Positions 27,801-42,800 of a stretch of DNA of 64,000 nucleotides are shown here, in pieces. Location of the stretch: contig OZ024744.1 in assembly GCA_964016885.1 (NCBI GenBank), positions 115,940,001 to 116,004,000 on the forward strand. Reading direction: 5' to 3'. This stretch comes from Eledone cirrhosa (lineage: Eukaryota). Positions within the stretch are counted from its first letter, which is position 1. Each line of letters starts with the position of its first letter. The notes below the pieces were generated by a model. It did not search any database, was not told the DNA's origin, and saw only the letters and a list, made by a program, of their open reading frames with translations. The translations under genes and the position numbers were made by a program.

Positions 27801-29700
27801 CCCTCATATCTTGTCTCTCTCTCTCTATATATATAATGTCTCTCATATCTTGTCTCTCTCTCTATATATATAATGTCTCTCGTATCTTGGCTCTCTCTCT
27901 ATATATATAATGTCTCTCATATCTTGTCTCTCTCTATATATATAATGTCTCTCATATCTTGTCTCTCTCTCTATATATATAATGTCTCTCATATCTTGTC
28001 TCTCTCTCTCTATATATATAATGTCTCTCATATCTTGTCTCTCTGTCTCTCTCTATATATAATGTCTCTCATATCTTGTCTCTCTCTCTCTATATATATA
28101 TAAAGTCTCTCATATCTTGTCTCTCTCTCTCTCTATATATATAATGTCTCTCATATCTTGTCCCTCTCTCTCCATAAATAATGTTTCTCATATCTTGTCT
28201 CTCTCTCTATATATATATAATGTCTCTCATATCTTGTCTCTCTCTCTATATATATAATGTCTCTCATATCTTGTCTCTCTCTCTCTCTATATATATAATG
28301 TCTCTCATATCTTGTCTCTCTCTCTCTCTATATATAAAATGCCTCTCATATCTTGTCTCTCTCTCTCTATATATATATAATGTCTCTCATATCTTGTCTC
28401 TCTGTCTCTATATATAATGTCTCTCAAATCTTGTCTCTCTCTCTCTCTATATATATAATGTCTCTCATATCTTGTCTCTCTCTCTCTATATATATAATGT
28501 CTCTCATATCTTGTCTCACTCTCTATATATATATAATGTCTCTCATATCTTGTCTCTCTCTCTCTATATATATATAATGTCTCTCATATCTTGTCTCTCT
28601 CTCTCTCTATATATATAATGTCTCTCATATCTTGTCTCTCTCTCTATATATATATTATGTCTCTCATATCTTGTCTCTCTCTATATATATAATGTCTCTC
28701 ATATCTTGTCTCTCTCTCTCTATATATATAATGTCTCTCATATCTTGTCTCTCTCTCTATATATACAATGTCTCTCATATCTTGTCTCTCTCTCTATATA
28801 TATATAATGTCTCTCATATCTTGTCTCTCTCTATATATATAATGTCTCTCATATCTTGTCGCTCTCTCTCTATATATATAATGTCTCTCATATCTTGTCT
28901 CTCTCTATATATATAATGTCTCTCATATCATGTCACTCTCTCTCTATATATATAATGTCTCTCATATCTTGTCTCTCTCTCTCTCTATATATATAATGTC
29001 TCTCATATCTTCTCTCTCTCTCTATATATACAATGTCTGTCATATCTTGTCTCTTTCTATCTATATATATAATGTCTCTCATATCTTGTCTCTCTCTCTA
29101 TATATATATAATGTCTCTCATATCTTGTGTCTCTCTCTCTATATATATATATAATGTCTCTCATATCTTGTCTCTCTCTCTCTATATATATAATGTCTCT
29201 CATATCTTGTCTCTCTCTCTATATATATATAATGTCTCTCATATCTTGTCTCTCTCTATATATATATAATGTCTCTCATATCTTGTCTCTCTCTCTATAT
29301 ATATAATGTCTCTCATATCTTGTCTCTCTCTCTATATATATACTGTCTCTCATATCTTGTCTCTCTCTCTATATATATATAATGTCTCTCATATCTTGTC
29401 TCTCTGTCTCTCTCTATATATAATGTCTCTCATATCTTGTCTCTCTCTCTCTATATATATATAAAGTCTCTCATATCTTGTCTCTCTCTCTATATACAAT
29501 GTCTCTCATATCTTGTCCCTCTCTCTCTATATATATATAATGTCTCTCATATCTTATCTCTCTCTCTCTCTATATATAAAATGCCTCTCATATCTTGTCT
29601 CTCTCTCTCTCTCTATATATAATGTCTCTCAAATCTTGTCTCACTCTCTCTATATATATAATGTCTCTCATATCTTGTCTCTCTCTCTATATATATATAT
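21860..29700. repeat. Near-identical tandem duplication, period 3880 bp (3917 after an extra 37-bp monomer)
   Basis: Offsets 21983/25863, 22707/26587, 23806/27686 and 25153/29033 equal 3880; 25520/29437 equals 3917. Shared rare variants tctcgcac, catatgttg and tccataaat. Confidence 0.88.
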
Positions 29701-30320
29701 AATGTCCCTCATATCTTGTCTCTCTCTCTATATATATATTATGTCTCTCATATCTTGTCTCTCTCTATATATATATAATGTCTCTCATATCTTGTCTCTC
29801 TCTCTATATATATAATGTCTCTCATATCTTGTCTCTCTCTCTATATATATAATGTCTATCATATATTGTCTCTCTCTCTCTATATATATAATGTCTCTCA
29901 TATCTTGTCTCTCTGTCTCTCTCTATATATAATGTCTCTCATATCTTGTCTCTCTCTCTCTATATATATATAAAGTCTCTCATATCTTGTCTCTCTCTCT
30001 ATATACAATGTCTCTCATATCTTGTCTCTCTCTCTATCTATATATATAATGTCTCTCATATCTTGTCTCTCTCTCTATATATATATAATGTCTCTCATAT
30101 CTTGTCCCTCTCTCTCTATAAATAATGTTTCTCATATCTTGTCCCTCTCTCTCTATATATATATAATGTCTCTCATATCTTGTCTCTCTCTCTATATATA
30201 TATATAATGTCTCTCATATCTTGTCTCTCTCTCTATATATACAATGTCTCTCATATCTTGTCTCTTTCTCTATATATATATAATGTCTCTCATATCTTGT
30301 CTCTCTCTCTATATATATAT

Positions 30321-33300
30321 AATGTCTCTCATATCTTGTCTCTCTCTCTATATATATAATGTCTCTCATATCTTATCTCTCTCTCTCTCTATATGTAAAG
30401 TCTCTCATATCTTGTCTCTCTCTCTATATATAATGTCTCTCATATCTTGTGTCTCTCTCTCTCTCTATATATATAATGTCTCTCATATCTTGTCTCTCTC
30501 TCTATATATATAATGTCTCTCATATCTTGTCTCTCTCTCTCTCTATATATAATGTCTCTCATATCTTGTCTCTCTCTCTATATATATATAATGTCTCTCA
30601 TATCTTGTAACTCTCTCTATATATATAATGTCTCTCATATCTTGTCTCTCTCTATATATATATAATGTCTCTCATATCTTCTCTCTCTCTATATATATAA
30701 TGTCTCTCATATCTTGTCTCTCTCTCTATATATATAATGTCTCTTATATCTTGTCTCTCTCTCTCTATATATATAATGTCTCTCATATCTTGTCTCTCTG
30801 TCTCTCTCTATATATAATGTCTCTCATATCTTGTCTCTCTCTCTATATATATATAAAGTCTCTCATATCTTGTCTCTCTCTCTCTATATACAATGTCTCT
30901 CATATCTTGTCTCTCTCTCTCTATATATATATAATGTCTCTCATATCTTGTCTCTCTCTCTATTTATATATAATGTCTCTCATATCTTGTCTCTCTCTCT
31001 ATATATATAATGTCTCTCACATCTTATCTCTCTCTCTATATATATATATAATGTCTCTCATATCTTGTCTCTGTCTCTCTATATATATATAATGTCTCTC
31101 ATATCTTGTCTCTCTCTCTCTATATATATATGTAATGTCTCTCATATCTTGTCTCTCTCTCTATATATATAATGTCTCTTATATCTTGTCTCTCTCTCTA
31201 TATGTATATAATGTCTCTCATATCTTGTCTCTCTCTCTCTATATATATAATGTCTCTCATATCTTGTCTCTCTCTCTATATATATATAATCTCTCTCATA
31301 TCTTGTCTCTCTCTCTCTCTATATATAATGTCTCTCATATCTTATCTCTCTCTATATATATATAATGTCTCTCATATCTTGTCTCTCTCTCTATATGTAT
31401 ATAATGTCTCTCATATCTTGTCCCTCTCTCTCTATATATATAATGTCTCTCATATCTTGTCTCTCTCCCTCTCTCTCTATATAATGTCTCTCATATCTTG
31501 TCTCTCTCTCTATATATATATATAATGTCTCTCATATCTTGTCTCTCTCTCTATATATATAATGTCTCTCATATCTTGTCTCTCACTCTATATACATATA
31601 ATGTCTCTCATATCTTGTCTCTCTCTCTATATATATAATGTCTCTCATATCTTGTCTCTCTCTCTCTCTATATATATATAATGTCTCTCATATCTTGTCT
31701 CTCTCTCTCTATATATATAATGTCTCTCATATCTTGTCCCTCTCTCTCTATAAATAATGTTTCTCATATCTTGTCCCTCTCTCTCTATATATATATAATG
31801 TCTCTCATATCTTGTCTCTCTCTCTATATATATAATGTCTCTCATATCTTGTCTCTCTCTCTCTCTATATATATATAATGTCTCTCATATCTTGTCTCTC
31901 TCTCTCTATATATATAATGTCTCTCATATCTTGTCCCTCTCTCTCTATAAATAATGTTTCTCATATCTTGTCCCTCTCTCTCTCTATATATATAATGTCT
32001 CTCATATCTTGTCTTTCTCTCTATATATATAATGTCTCTCATATCTTATCTCTGTCTCTCTATATATATAAAATGCCTCTCATATCTTGTCTCTCTCTCT
32101 CTATATATATATAATGTCTCTCATATCTTGTCTCTCTGTCTATATATATAATGTCTCTCATATCTTGTCTCTCTCTCTATATATATATGTAATGTCTCTC
32201 ATATCTTGTCTCTCGCTCTATATATACAATGTCTCTCATATCTTGTCTCTCTCTCTATATATATATAATGTCTCTCATATCTTGTTTCTCTATATATATA
32301 ATGTCTCTCATATCTTGTCGCTCTCTCTCTATATATATAATGTCTCTCATATCTTGTCTCTCTCTCTCTATATATAATGTCTCTCATATCTTGTCGCTCT
32401 CTATATATATAATGTCTCTCATATCTTGTCTCTCTCTATATATATATATAATGTCTCTCATATCTCGTCTCTCTCTCTCTATATATATATAATGTCTCTC
32501 ATATCTTGTCTCTCTCTCTCTATATATATATAATGTCTCTCATAGCCTGTCTCTCTCTCTATATATATATAATGTCTCTCATATCTTGTCTCTCTCTCTC
32601 TATATATAATGTCTCTCATAACTTGTCTCTCTGTCTCTCTCTATATATAATGTCTCTCATAACTTGTCTCTCTCTATATATATATAATGTCTCTCATATC
32701 TTGTCTCTCTCTCTATATATACAATGTCTCTCATATCTTGTCTCTCTCTCTATATATATAATGTCTCTCATATCTTGTCTCTCTCTCTATATATATATAA
32801 TGTCTCTCATATCTTGTCTCTCTCTCTATATATATAATGTCTCTCATATCTTGTCTCTCTCTCTATATATATAATGTCTCTCATATCTTGTCGCTCTCTA
32901 TATATATAATGTCTCTCATATCTTGTCTCTCTCTATATATATATATAATGTCTCTCATATCTCGTCTCTCTCTCTCTATATATATATAATGTCTCTCATA
33001 TCTTGTCTCTCTCTCTCTATATATATATATAATGTCTCTCATAGCCTGTCTCTCTCTCTCTATATATATAATGTCTCTCATATCTTGTCTCTCTCTATAT
33101 ATATATAATGTCTCTCATATCTTGTCTCTCTCTCTATATATATATAATGTCTCTCATATCTTGTCTCTCTCTCTATATATACAATGTCTCTCATATCTTG
33201 TCTCTCTCTCTATATATACAATGTCTCTCATATCTTGTCTCTCTCTCTATATATATAATGTCTCTCATATCTTGTCTCTCTCTCTATATATATATAATGT

Positions 33301-36300
33301 CTCTCATATCTTGTCTCTCTCTCTATATATATAATGTCTCTCATATCTTGTCTCTCTCTCTATATATATAATCTCTATCATATCTTGTCTCTCTCTCTCT
33401 CTATATATAATGTCTCTCATATTTTGTCTCTCTCTCTATATATATATAATGTCTCTCATATCTTGTCCCTCTCTCTCTATATATAATGTCTCTCATATCT
33501 TGTCTCTCTCTCTCTATATATAATGTCTCTCATATCTTGTCTCTCTCTCTATATATATAATGTCTCTCATATCTTATCTCTCTCTCTATATATAAAATGC
33601 CTCTCATATCTTGTCTCTCTCTCTCTCTATATATATAATGTCTCTCATATCTTGTCTCTCTCTCTATATATATATAATGTCACTCATATCTTGTATCTAT
33701 CTCTATGTATATAATGTCTCTCTCTATATATATAATGTCTCTCATATCTTGTCTCTCTCTCTATATATATATAATGTCTCTCATATCTTGTCTCTCTCTC
33801 TATATATATATATAATGTCTCTCATATGTTGTCTCTCTCTCGCTATATATATAATGTCTGTCATATCTTGTCTCTCTCTCTCTCTATCTATATATAATGT
33901 CTCTCATATCTTGTCTCTCTCTCTATAAATATAATGTCTCTCATATCTTGTCTCTCTCTATATATATAATGTCTCTCATATCTTGTCTCTCTCTCTATAT
34001 ATATATAATGTCTCTCATATCTTGTCTCTCTCTCTATATATATACAATGTCTCTCATATCTTGTCTCTCTCTCTATATATACAATGTCTCTCATATCTTG
34101 TCTCTCTCTCTATATATATAATGTCTCTCATATCTTATCTCTCTCTCTATATATAAAATGCCTCTCATATCTTGTCTCTCTCTCTCTATATATATATAAT
34201 GTCTCTCATATCTTGTCTCTCTCTCTATATATATAATGTCTCTCATATCTTATCTCTCTCTCTCTCTATATGTAAAGTCTCTCATATCTTGTCTCTCTCT
34301 CTATATATAATGTCTCTCATATCTTGTGTCTCTCTCTCTCTCTATATATATAATGTCTCTCATATCTTGTCTCTCTCTCTATATATATAATGTCTCTCAT
34401 ATCTTGTCTCTCTCTCTCTCTATATATAATGTCTCTCATATCTTGTCTCTCTCTCTATATATATATAATGTCTCTCATATCTTGTAACTCTCTCTATATA
34501 TATAATGTCTCTCATATCTTGTCTCTCTCTATATATATATAATGTCTCTCATATCTTCTCTCTCTCTATATATATAATGTCTCTCATATCTTGTCTCTCT
34601 CTCTATATATATAATGTCTCTTATATCTTGTCTCTCTCTCTCTATATATATAATGTCTCTCATATCTTGTCTCTCTGTCTCTCTCTATATATAATGTCTC
34701 TCATATCTTGTCTCTCTCTCTATATATATATAAAGTCTCTCATATCTTGTCTCTCTCTCTCTATATACAATGTCTCTCATATCTTGTCTCTCTCTCTCTA
34801 TATATATATAATGTCTCTCATATCTTGTCTCTCTCTCTATTTATATATAATGTCTCTCATATCTTGTCTCTCTCTCTATATATATAATGTCTCTCACATC
34901 TTATCTCTCTCTCTATATATATATATAATGTCTCTCATATCTTGTCTCTGTCTCTCTATATATATATAATGTCTCTCATATCTTGTCTCTCTCTCTCTAT
35001 ATATATATGTAATGTCTCTCATATCTTGTCTCTCTCTCTATATATATAATGTCTCTTATATCTTGTCTCTCTCTCTATATGTATATAATGTCTCTCATAT
35101 CTTGTCTCTCTCTCTCTATATATATAATGTCTCTCATATCTTGTCTCTCTCTCTATATATATATAATCTCTCTCATATCTTGTCTCTCTCTCTCTCTATA
35201 TATAATGTCTCTCATATCTTATCTCTCTCTCTATATATATAATGTCTCTCATATCTTGTCTCTCTCTCTCTATATATATATAATGTCTCTCATATCTTGT
35301 CTCTCTCTCTATATGTATATAATGTCTCTCATATCTTGTCCCTCTCTCTCTATATATATAATGTCTCTCATATCTTGTCTCTCTCCCTCTCTCTCTATAT
35401 AATGTCTCTCATATCTTGTCTCTCTCTCTATATATATATATAATGTCTCTCATATCTTGTCTCTCTCTCTATATATATAATGTCTCTCATATCTTGTCTC
35501 TCACTCTATATACATATAATGTCTCTCATATCTTGTCTCTCTCTCTATATATATAATGTCTCTCATATCTTGTCTCTCTCTCTCTCTATATATATATAAT
35601 GTCTCTCATATCTTGTCTCTCTCTCTCTATATATATAATGTCTCTCATATCTTGTCCCTCTCTCTCTATAAATAATGTTTCTCATATCTTGTCCCTCTCT
35701 CTCTATATATATATAATGTCTCTCATATCTTGTCTCTCTCTCTATATATATAATGTCTCTCATATCTTGTCTCTCTCTCTCTCTATATATATATAATGTC
35801 TCTCATATCTTGTCTCTCTCTCTCTATATATATAATGTCTCTCATATCTTGTCCCTCTCTCTCTATAAATAATGTTTCTCATATCTTGTCCCTCTCTCTC
35901 TATATATATATAATGTCTCTCATATCTTGTCTTTCTCTCTATATATATAATGTCTCTCATATCTTATCTCTGTCTCTCTATATATATAAAATGCCTCTCA
36001 TATCTTGTCTCTCTCTCTCTCTATATATATAATGTCTCTCATATCTTGTCTCTCTGTCTATATATATAATGTCTCTCATATCTTGTCTCTCTCTCTATAT
36101 ATATATGTAATGTCTCTCATATCTTGTCTCTCGCTCTATATATACAATGTCTCTCATATCTTGTCTCTCTCTCTATATATATATAATGTCTCTCATATCT
36201 TGTTTCTCTATATATATAATGTCTCTCATATCTTGTCGCTCTCTCTCTATATATATAATGTCTCTCATATCTTGTCTCTCTCTCTCTATATATAATGTCT

Positions 36301-38135
36301 CTCATATCTTGTCGCTCTCTATATATATAATGTCTCTCATATCTTGTCTCTCTCTATATATATATATAATGTCTCTCATATCTCGTCTCTCTCTCTCTAT
36401 ATATATATAATGTCTCTCATATCTTGTCTCTCTCTCTCTATATATATATAATGTCTCTCATAGCCTGTCTCTCTCTCTATATATATATAATGTCTCTCAT
36501 ATCTTGTCTCTCTCTCTCTATATATAATGTCTCTCATAACTTGTCTCTCTGTCTCTCTCTATATATAATGTCTCTCATAACTTGTCTCTCTCTATATATA
36601 TATAATGTCTCTCATATCTTGTCTCTCTCTCTATATATACAATGTCTCTCATATCTTGTCTCTCTCTCTATATATATAATGTCTCTCATATCTTGTCTCT
36701 CTCTCTATATATATATAATGTCTCTCATATCTTGTCTCTCTCTCTATATATATAATGTCTCTCATATCTTGTCTCTCTCTCTATATATATAATGTCTCTC
36801 ATATCTTGTCGCTCTCTATATATATAATGTCTCTCATATCTTGTCTCTCTCTATATATATATATAATGTCTCTCATATCTCGTCTCTCTCTCTCTATATA
36901 TATATAATGTCTCTCATATCTTGTCTCTCTCTCTCTATATATATATATAATGTCTCTCATAGCCTGTCTCTCTCTCTCTATATATATAATGTCTCTCATA
37001 TCTTGTCTCTCTCTATATATATATAATGTCTCTCATATCTTGTCTCTCTCTCTATATATATATAATGTCTCTCATATCTTGTCTCTCTCTCTATATATAC
37101 AATGTCTCTCATATCTTGTCTCTCTCTCTATATATACAATGTCTCTCATATCTTGTCTCTCTCTCTATATATATAATGTCTCTCATATCTTGTCTCTCTC
37201 TCTATATATATATAATGTCTCTCATATCTTGTCTCTCTCTCTATATATATAATGTCTCTCATATCTTGTCTCTCTCTCTATATATATAATCTCTATCATA
37301 TCTTGTCTCTCTCTCTCTCTATATATAATGTCTCTCATATTTTGTCTCTCTCTCTATATATATATAATGTCTCTCATATCTTGTCCCTCTCTCTCTATAT
37401 ATAATGTCTCTCATATCTTGTCTCTCTCTCTCTATATATAATGTCTCTCATATCTTGTCTCTCTCTCTATATATATAATGTCTCTCATATCTTATCTCTC
37501 TCTCTATATATAAAATGCCTCTCATATCTTGTCTCTCTCTCTCTCTATATATATAATGTCTCTCATATCTTGTCTCTCTCTCTATATATATATAATGTCA
37601 CTCATATCTTGTATCTATCTCTATGTATATAATGTCTCTCTCTATATATATAATGTCTCTCATATCTTGTCTCTCTCTCTATATATATATAATGTCTCTC
37701 ATATCTTGTCTCTCTCTCTATATATATATATAATGTCTCTCATATGTTGTCTCTCTCTCTCTATATATATAATGTCTGTCATATCTTGTCTCTCTCTCTC
37801 TCTATCTATATATAATGTCTCTCATATCTTGTCTCTCTCTCTATAAATATAATGTCTCTCATATCTTGTCTCTCTCTATATATATAATGTCTCTCATATC
37901 TTGTCTCTCTCTCTATATATATATAATGTCTCTCATATCTTGTCTCTCTCTCTATATATATACAATGTCTCTCATATCTTGTCTCTCTCTCTATATATAC
38001 AATGTCTCTCATATCTTGTCTCTCTCTCTATATATATAATGTCTCTCATATCTTATCTCTCTCTCTATATATAAAATGCCTCTCATATCTTGTCTCTCTC
38101 TCTCTATATATATATAATGTCTCTCATATCTTGTC
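30321..38135. repeat. Near-identical tandem duplication, period 3877 then 3918 bp (one 41-bp monomer indel)
   Basis: Offsets 30628/34505 and 31135/35012 equal 3877; 31645/35563, 32506/36424 and 33897/37815 equal 3918. Shared variants tatgtaaag and cttgtaactc. Confidence 0.88.
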
Positions 38136-38975
38136 TCTCTCTCTCTATATATATAATGTCACTCATATCTTGTATCTATCTCTATGTATATAATGTCTCT
38201 CTCTATATATATAATGTCTCTCATATCTTGTCTCTCTCTCTATATATATATAATGTCTCTCATATCTTGTCTCTCTCTCTATATATATATATAATGTCTC
38301 TCATATGTTGTCTCTCTCTCTCTATATATATAATGTCTCTCATATCTTGTCTCTCTCTCTCTCTATCTATATATAATGTCTCTCATATCTTGTCTCTCTC
38401 TCTATAAATACAATGTCTCTCATATCTTGTCTCTCTCTCTATATATACAATGTCTCTCATATCTTGTCTCTCTCTCTATATATATAATGTCTCTCATATC
38501 TTGTCTCTCTCTCTCTATATATACAATGTCTCTCATATCTTGTCTCTCTCTCTATATATACAATGTCTCTCATATCTTGTCTCTCTCTCTATATATATAA
38601 TGTCTCTCATATCTTGTCTCTCTCTCTCTATATATATAATGTCTCTCATATCTTGTCTCTCTCTCTATATATATAATGTCTCTCATATCTTGTCTCTCTC
38701 TCTCTATATATAATGTCTATCATATCTTGTCTCTCTCTCTCTATATATATAATGTCTGTCATATCTTGTCTCTCTCTCTATATATATATAATCTCTCTCA
38801 TATCTTGTCTCTCTCTCTATATACAATGTCTTTCATATCTTGTCTCTCTCTCTATATATATATATAATGTCTCTCATATCTTGTCTCTCTCTCCATATAT
38901 ATATAATGTCTCTCATATCTTGTCTCTCTCTCTATATAGATAATGTCTCTCATATCTTATCTCTCTCTCTATATA

Positions 38976-39897
38976 AAATAATAATGAAATTATTGTGTAC
39001 AGTGCTCAGGTGCACTACAACTCATCAAAGGTGCATGTATAGTACATAGAATAATGTACAAATGTCAGGAAAATAAACAGTGTATGAGTCATGATATAAT
39101 AACAATAACAATAATGAAATATTGTGCACAGTGCCCAGGTGCACCACAACCCATCAAAAAAGTGCATGTACAGTACATAGGGCAATGCACAAACATCAGT
39201 AAAATGAACAGTGCACACATGTGTGCATGTGTATGGAAGGGGCACATCAGGTGTAGTTTTGGCGTATTTCGGGAAGCATGAGTGTCTTAAAGGATGCAGT
39301 GTCTCGGCAGCTAACAATTGACGCAGGCAGTTTGTTCCATGTTTCAGCAACTCTGAGCGTGAAAAAATGTCTGCGAAAGTCATGGGAGCTGTGCTGTTTT
39401 CTTATCTTGTAGGCATGTCCACGTGTGTTAGACACATGGAGATCAAAGAGGTGCTCAGGTTTGCAGTTGGCGAGATGGTTAAAAACTTTGTGGGTATTCA
39501 CCAAGTCCACTGCCAGACGTCGGAGCTTCAATGAATCCATGCCCAGGGAAGCAAGGCGTTCAGAGTATGGTAGGTGTCTGATGAAGGGTATGCGCTTGGT
39601 TGCACGTCTCTGAACAGTTTCCAGGAGGTCAATGTTCCGAGCAAGATAGGGGTTCCAGACTGATGATGCGAATTCCAAGTGTGGTCGCACCATAGCTGTA
39701 TACAGTTTTAAATAGATGGCTGGAGAGCGGCTAACAAAGGTCTTGCTGAGTGATGCCAAGACACCCTCGGCCTTCTTGACAATCTTAGAGACATGCTTTG
39801 TCCAACGCAAATCGTTGCTGACAGTAATGCCTAGGTCACGTTCACAAGAGGACTTTTTGATGTCAGTGTTGTGGAGGGAGTATGTGGACGCTGGATT
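38976..39897 (-). mobile_element. 5'-truncated CR1-clade LINE fragment, copy 4
   Basis: Same junctions at offset 30188 from copy 1; three private substitutions (S>F, N>K, R>H). Confidence 0.93.
39247..39897 (-). pseudogene. Truncated CR1 ORF2 C-terminal fragment, copy 4
   Basis: Same open frame; RIPFIRH and CKPEHLF variants. Confidence 0.9.
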
Positions 39898-42800
39898 ATA
39901 TATATATAATGTCTCTCATATCTTGTCTCTGTCTCTCTATATATATATAATGTCTCTCATATCTTGTCTCTCTCTCTATATATATGTAATGTCTCTCATA
40001 TCTTGTCTCTCTCTCTATATATATAATGTCTCTCATATCTTGTCTCTCTCTCTATATGTATATAATGTCTCTCATATCTTGTCTCTCTCTCCCTATATAT
40101 ATAATGTCTCTCATATCTTGTCTCTCTCTCTCTATATATATAATGTCTCTCAAATCTTGTCTCTCTCTCTCTATATATAATGTCTCTCATATCTTATCTC
40201 TCTCTCTATATATATAATGTCTCTCATATCTTGTCTCTCTCTCTATATATATATAATGTCTCTCATATCTTGTCTCTCACTCTCTATATATAATGTCTCA
40301 CATATCTTGTCCCTCTCTCTCTATATATATAATGTCTCTCATATCTTGTCTCTCTCCGTCTCTCTATATAATGTCTCTCATATCTTGTCTCTCTCTCTCT
40401 ATATATATATAATGTCTCTCATATCTTGTCTCTCTCTCTATATATATAATGTCTCTCATATCTTGACTCTCTCTCTATATACATATAATGTCTCTCATAT
40501 CTTGTCTCTCTCTCTATATATATAATGTCTCTCATATCTTGCCTCTCTCTCTCTATATATATATAAAATGTCTCTCATATCTTGTCTCTCTCTCTAGATA
40601 TATATAATGTCTCTCATATCTTGTCTCTCTCTCTATATATAATGTCTCTCATATCTTGCCCCTCTCTCTCTATAAATAATGTTTCTCATATATTGTCCCT
40701 CTCTCTCTCTTTATATATAATGTCTCTCATATCTTGGCTCTCTCTATATATATATAATGTCTCTCATATCTTGTCTCTCTCTCTATATATATATAATGTC
40801 TCTCATATCTTGTCTCTCTCTCTATATATACAATGTCTCTCATATCTTGTCTCTCTCTCTATATATACAATGTCTCTCATATCTTGTCTCTCTCTCTATA
40901 TATATAATGTCTCTCATATCTTGTCTCTCTCTCTATATATATATAATGTCTCTCATATCTTGTCTCTCTCTCTATATATATAATGTCTCTCATATCTTGT
41001 CTCTCTCTCTATATATATAATCTCTATCATATCTTGTCTCTCTCTCTCTCTATATATAATGTCTCTCATATTTTGTCTCTCTCTCTATATATATATAATG
41101 TCTCTCATATCTTGTCCCTCTCTCTCTATATATAATGTCTCTCATATCTTGTCTCTCTCTCTCTATATATAATGTCTCTCATATCTTGTCTCTCTCTCTA
41201 TATATATAATGTCTCTCATATCTTGTCTCTCTCTATATATAATGTCTCTCATATCTTGTCGCTCTCTCTCTATATATATAATGTCTCTCATATCTTGTCT
41301 CTCTCTATATATATATAATGTCTCTCATATCTTGTCTCTCTGTCTCTATATATATAATGTCTCTCATATCTTGTCTCTCTCTCTATATATATATAATGTC
41401 TCTCATATCTTGTCTCTCTCTCTATATATATAATGTCTCTCATATCTTATCTCTCTCTCTCTATATATATAAAGTCTCTCATATCTTGTCTCTCTCTCTA
41501 TATATAATGTCTCTCATATCTTGTCTCTCTCTCTCTCTATATATATATAATGTCTCTCATATCTTGTCTCTCTCTCTATATATATAATGTCTCTCATATC
41601 TTGTCTCTCTCTATATATATATAATGTCTCTCATATCTTGTCTCTCTCTATATATATAATGTCTCTCATATCTTGTCTCTCTCTCTATATATATATAATG
41701 TCTCTCATATCTCGTCTCTCTCTCTATATATATATATAATGTCTCTCATATCTTGTCTCTCTCTCTCTATATATATATAATGTCTCTCATAGCCTGTCTC
41801 TCTCTCTCTATATATATAATGTCTCTCATATTTTGTCTCTCTCTCTATATATATAATGTCTCTCATAACTTGTCTCACTGTCTCTCTCTATATATAATGT
41901 CTCTCATAACTTGTCTCTCTCCTTATATATATAATGTCTCTCATATCTTGTCTCTCTCTCTATATATATAATGTCTCTCATATCTTGTCTCTCTCTCTAT
42001 ATATATAATGTCTATCATATCTTGTCTCTCTCTCTCTATATATATAATGTCCCTCATATCTTGTCTCTCTCTCTATATATATATAATGTCTCTCATATCT
42101 TGTCTCTCTCTCTATATATATAATGTCTCTCGTATCTTGGCTCTCTCTCTATATATATAATGTCTCTCATATCTTGTCTCTCTCTATATATATAATGTCT
42201 CTCATATCTTGTCTCTCTCTCTATATATATAATGTCTCTCATATCTTGTCTCTCTCTCTCTATATATATAATGTCTCTCATATCTTGTCTCTCTGTCTCT
42301 CTCTATATATAATGTCTCTCATATCTCGTCTCTCTCTCTATATATATATATAAAGTCTCTCATATCTTGTCTCTCTCTCTATATATATATATAATGTCTC
42401 TCATATCTTGTCCCTCTCTCTCTATAAATAATGTTTCTCATATCTTGTCTCTCTCTCTCTATATATATAATTTCTCTCATATCTTATCTCTCTCTCTATA
42501 TATATAATGTCTCTCATATCTTGTCTCTCTCTCTCTATATATATATAATGTCTCTCATATCTTGTCTCTCTCTCTATATGTATATAATGTCTCTCATATC
42601 TTGTCCCTCTCTCTCTATATATATAATGTCTCTCAAATCTTGTCTCTCTCCCTCTCTCTCTATATAATGTCTCTCATATCTTGTCTCTCTCTCTCTCTAT
42701 ATATATAATGTCTCTCATATCTTGTCTCTCTCTCTCTATATATATAATGTCTCTCATATCTTGTCTCTCTCTCTATATACATATAATGTCTCTCATATCT

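Larger units (their letters stand above)
16493..38975. repeat. Satellite array segment 4
   Basis: Same monomer and orientation; no non-satellite sequence seen. Confidence 0.98.
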
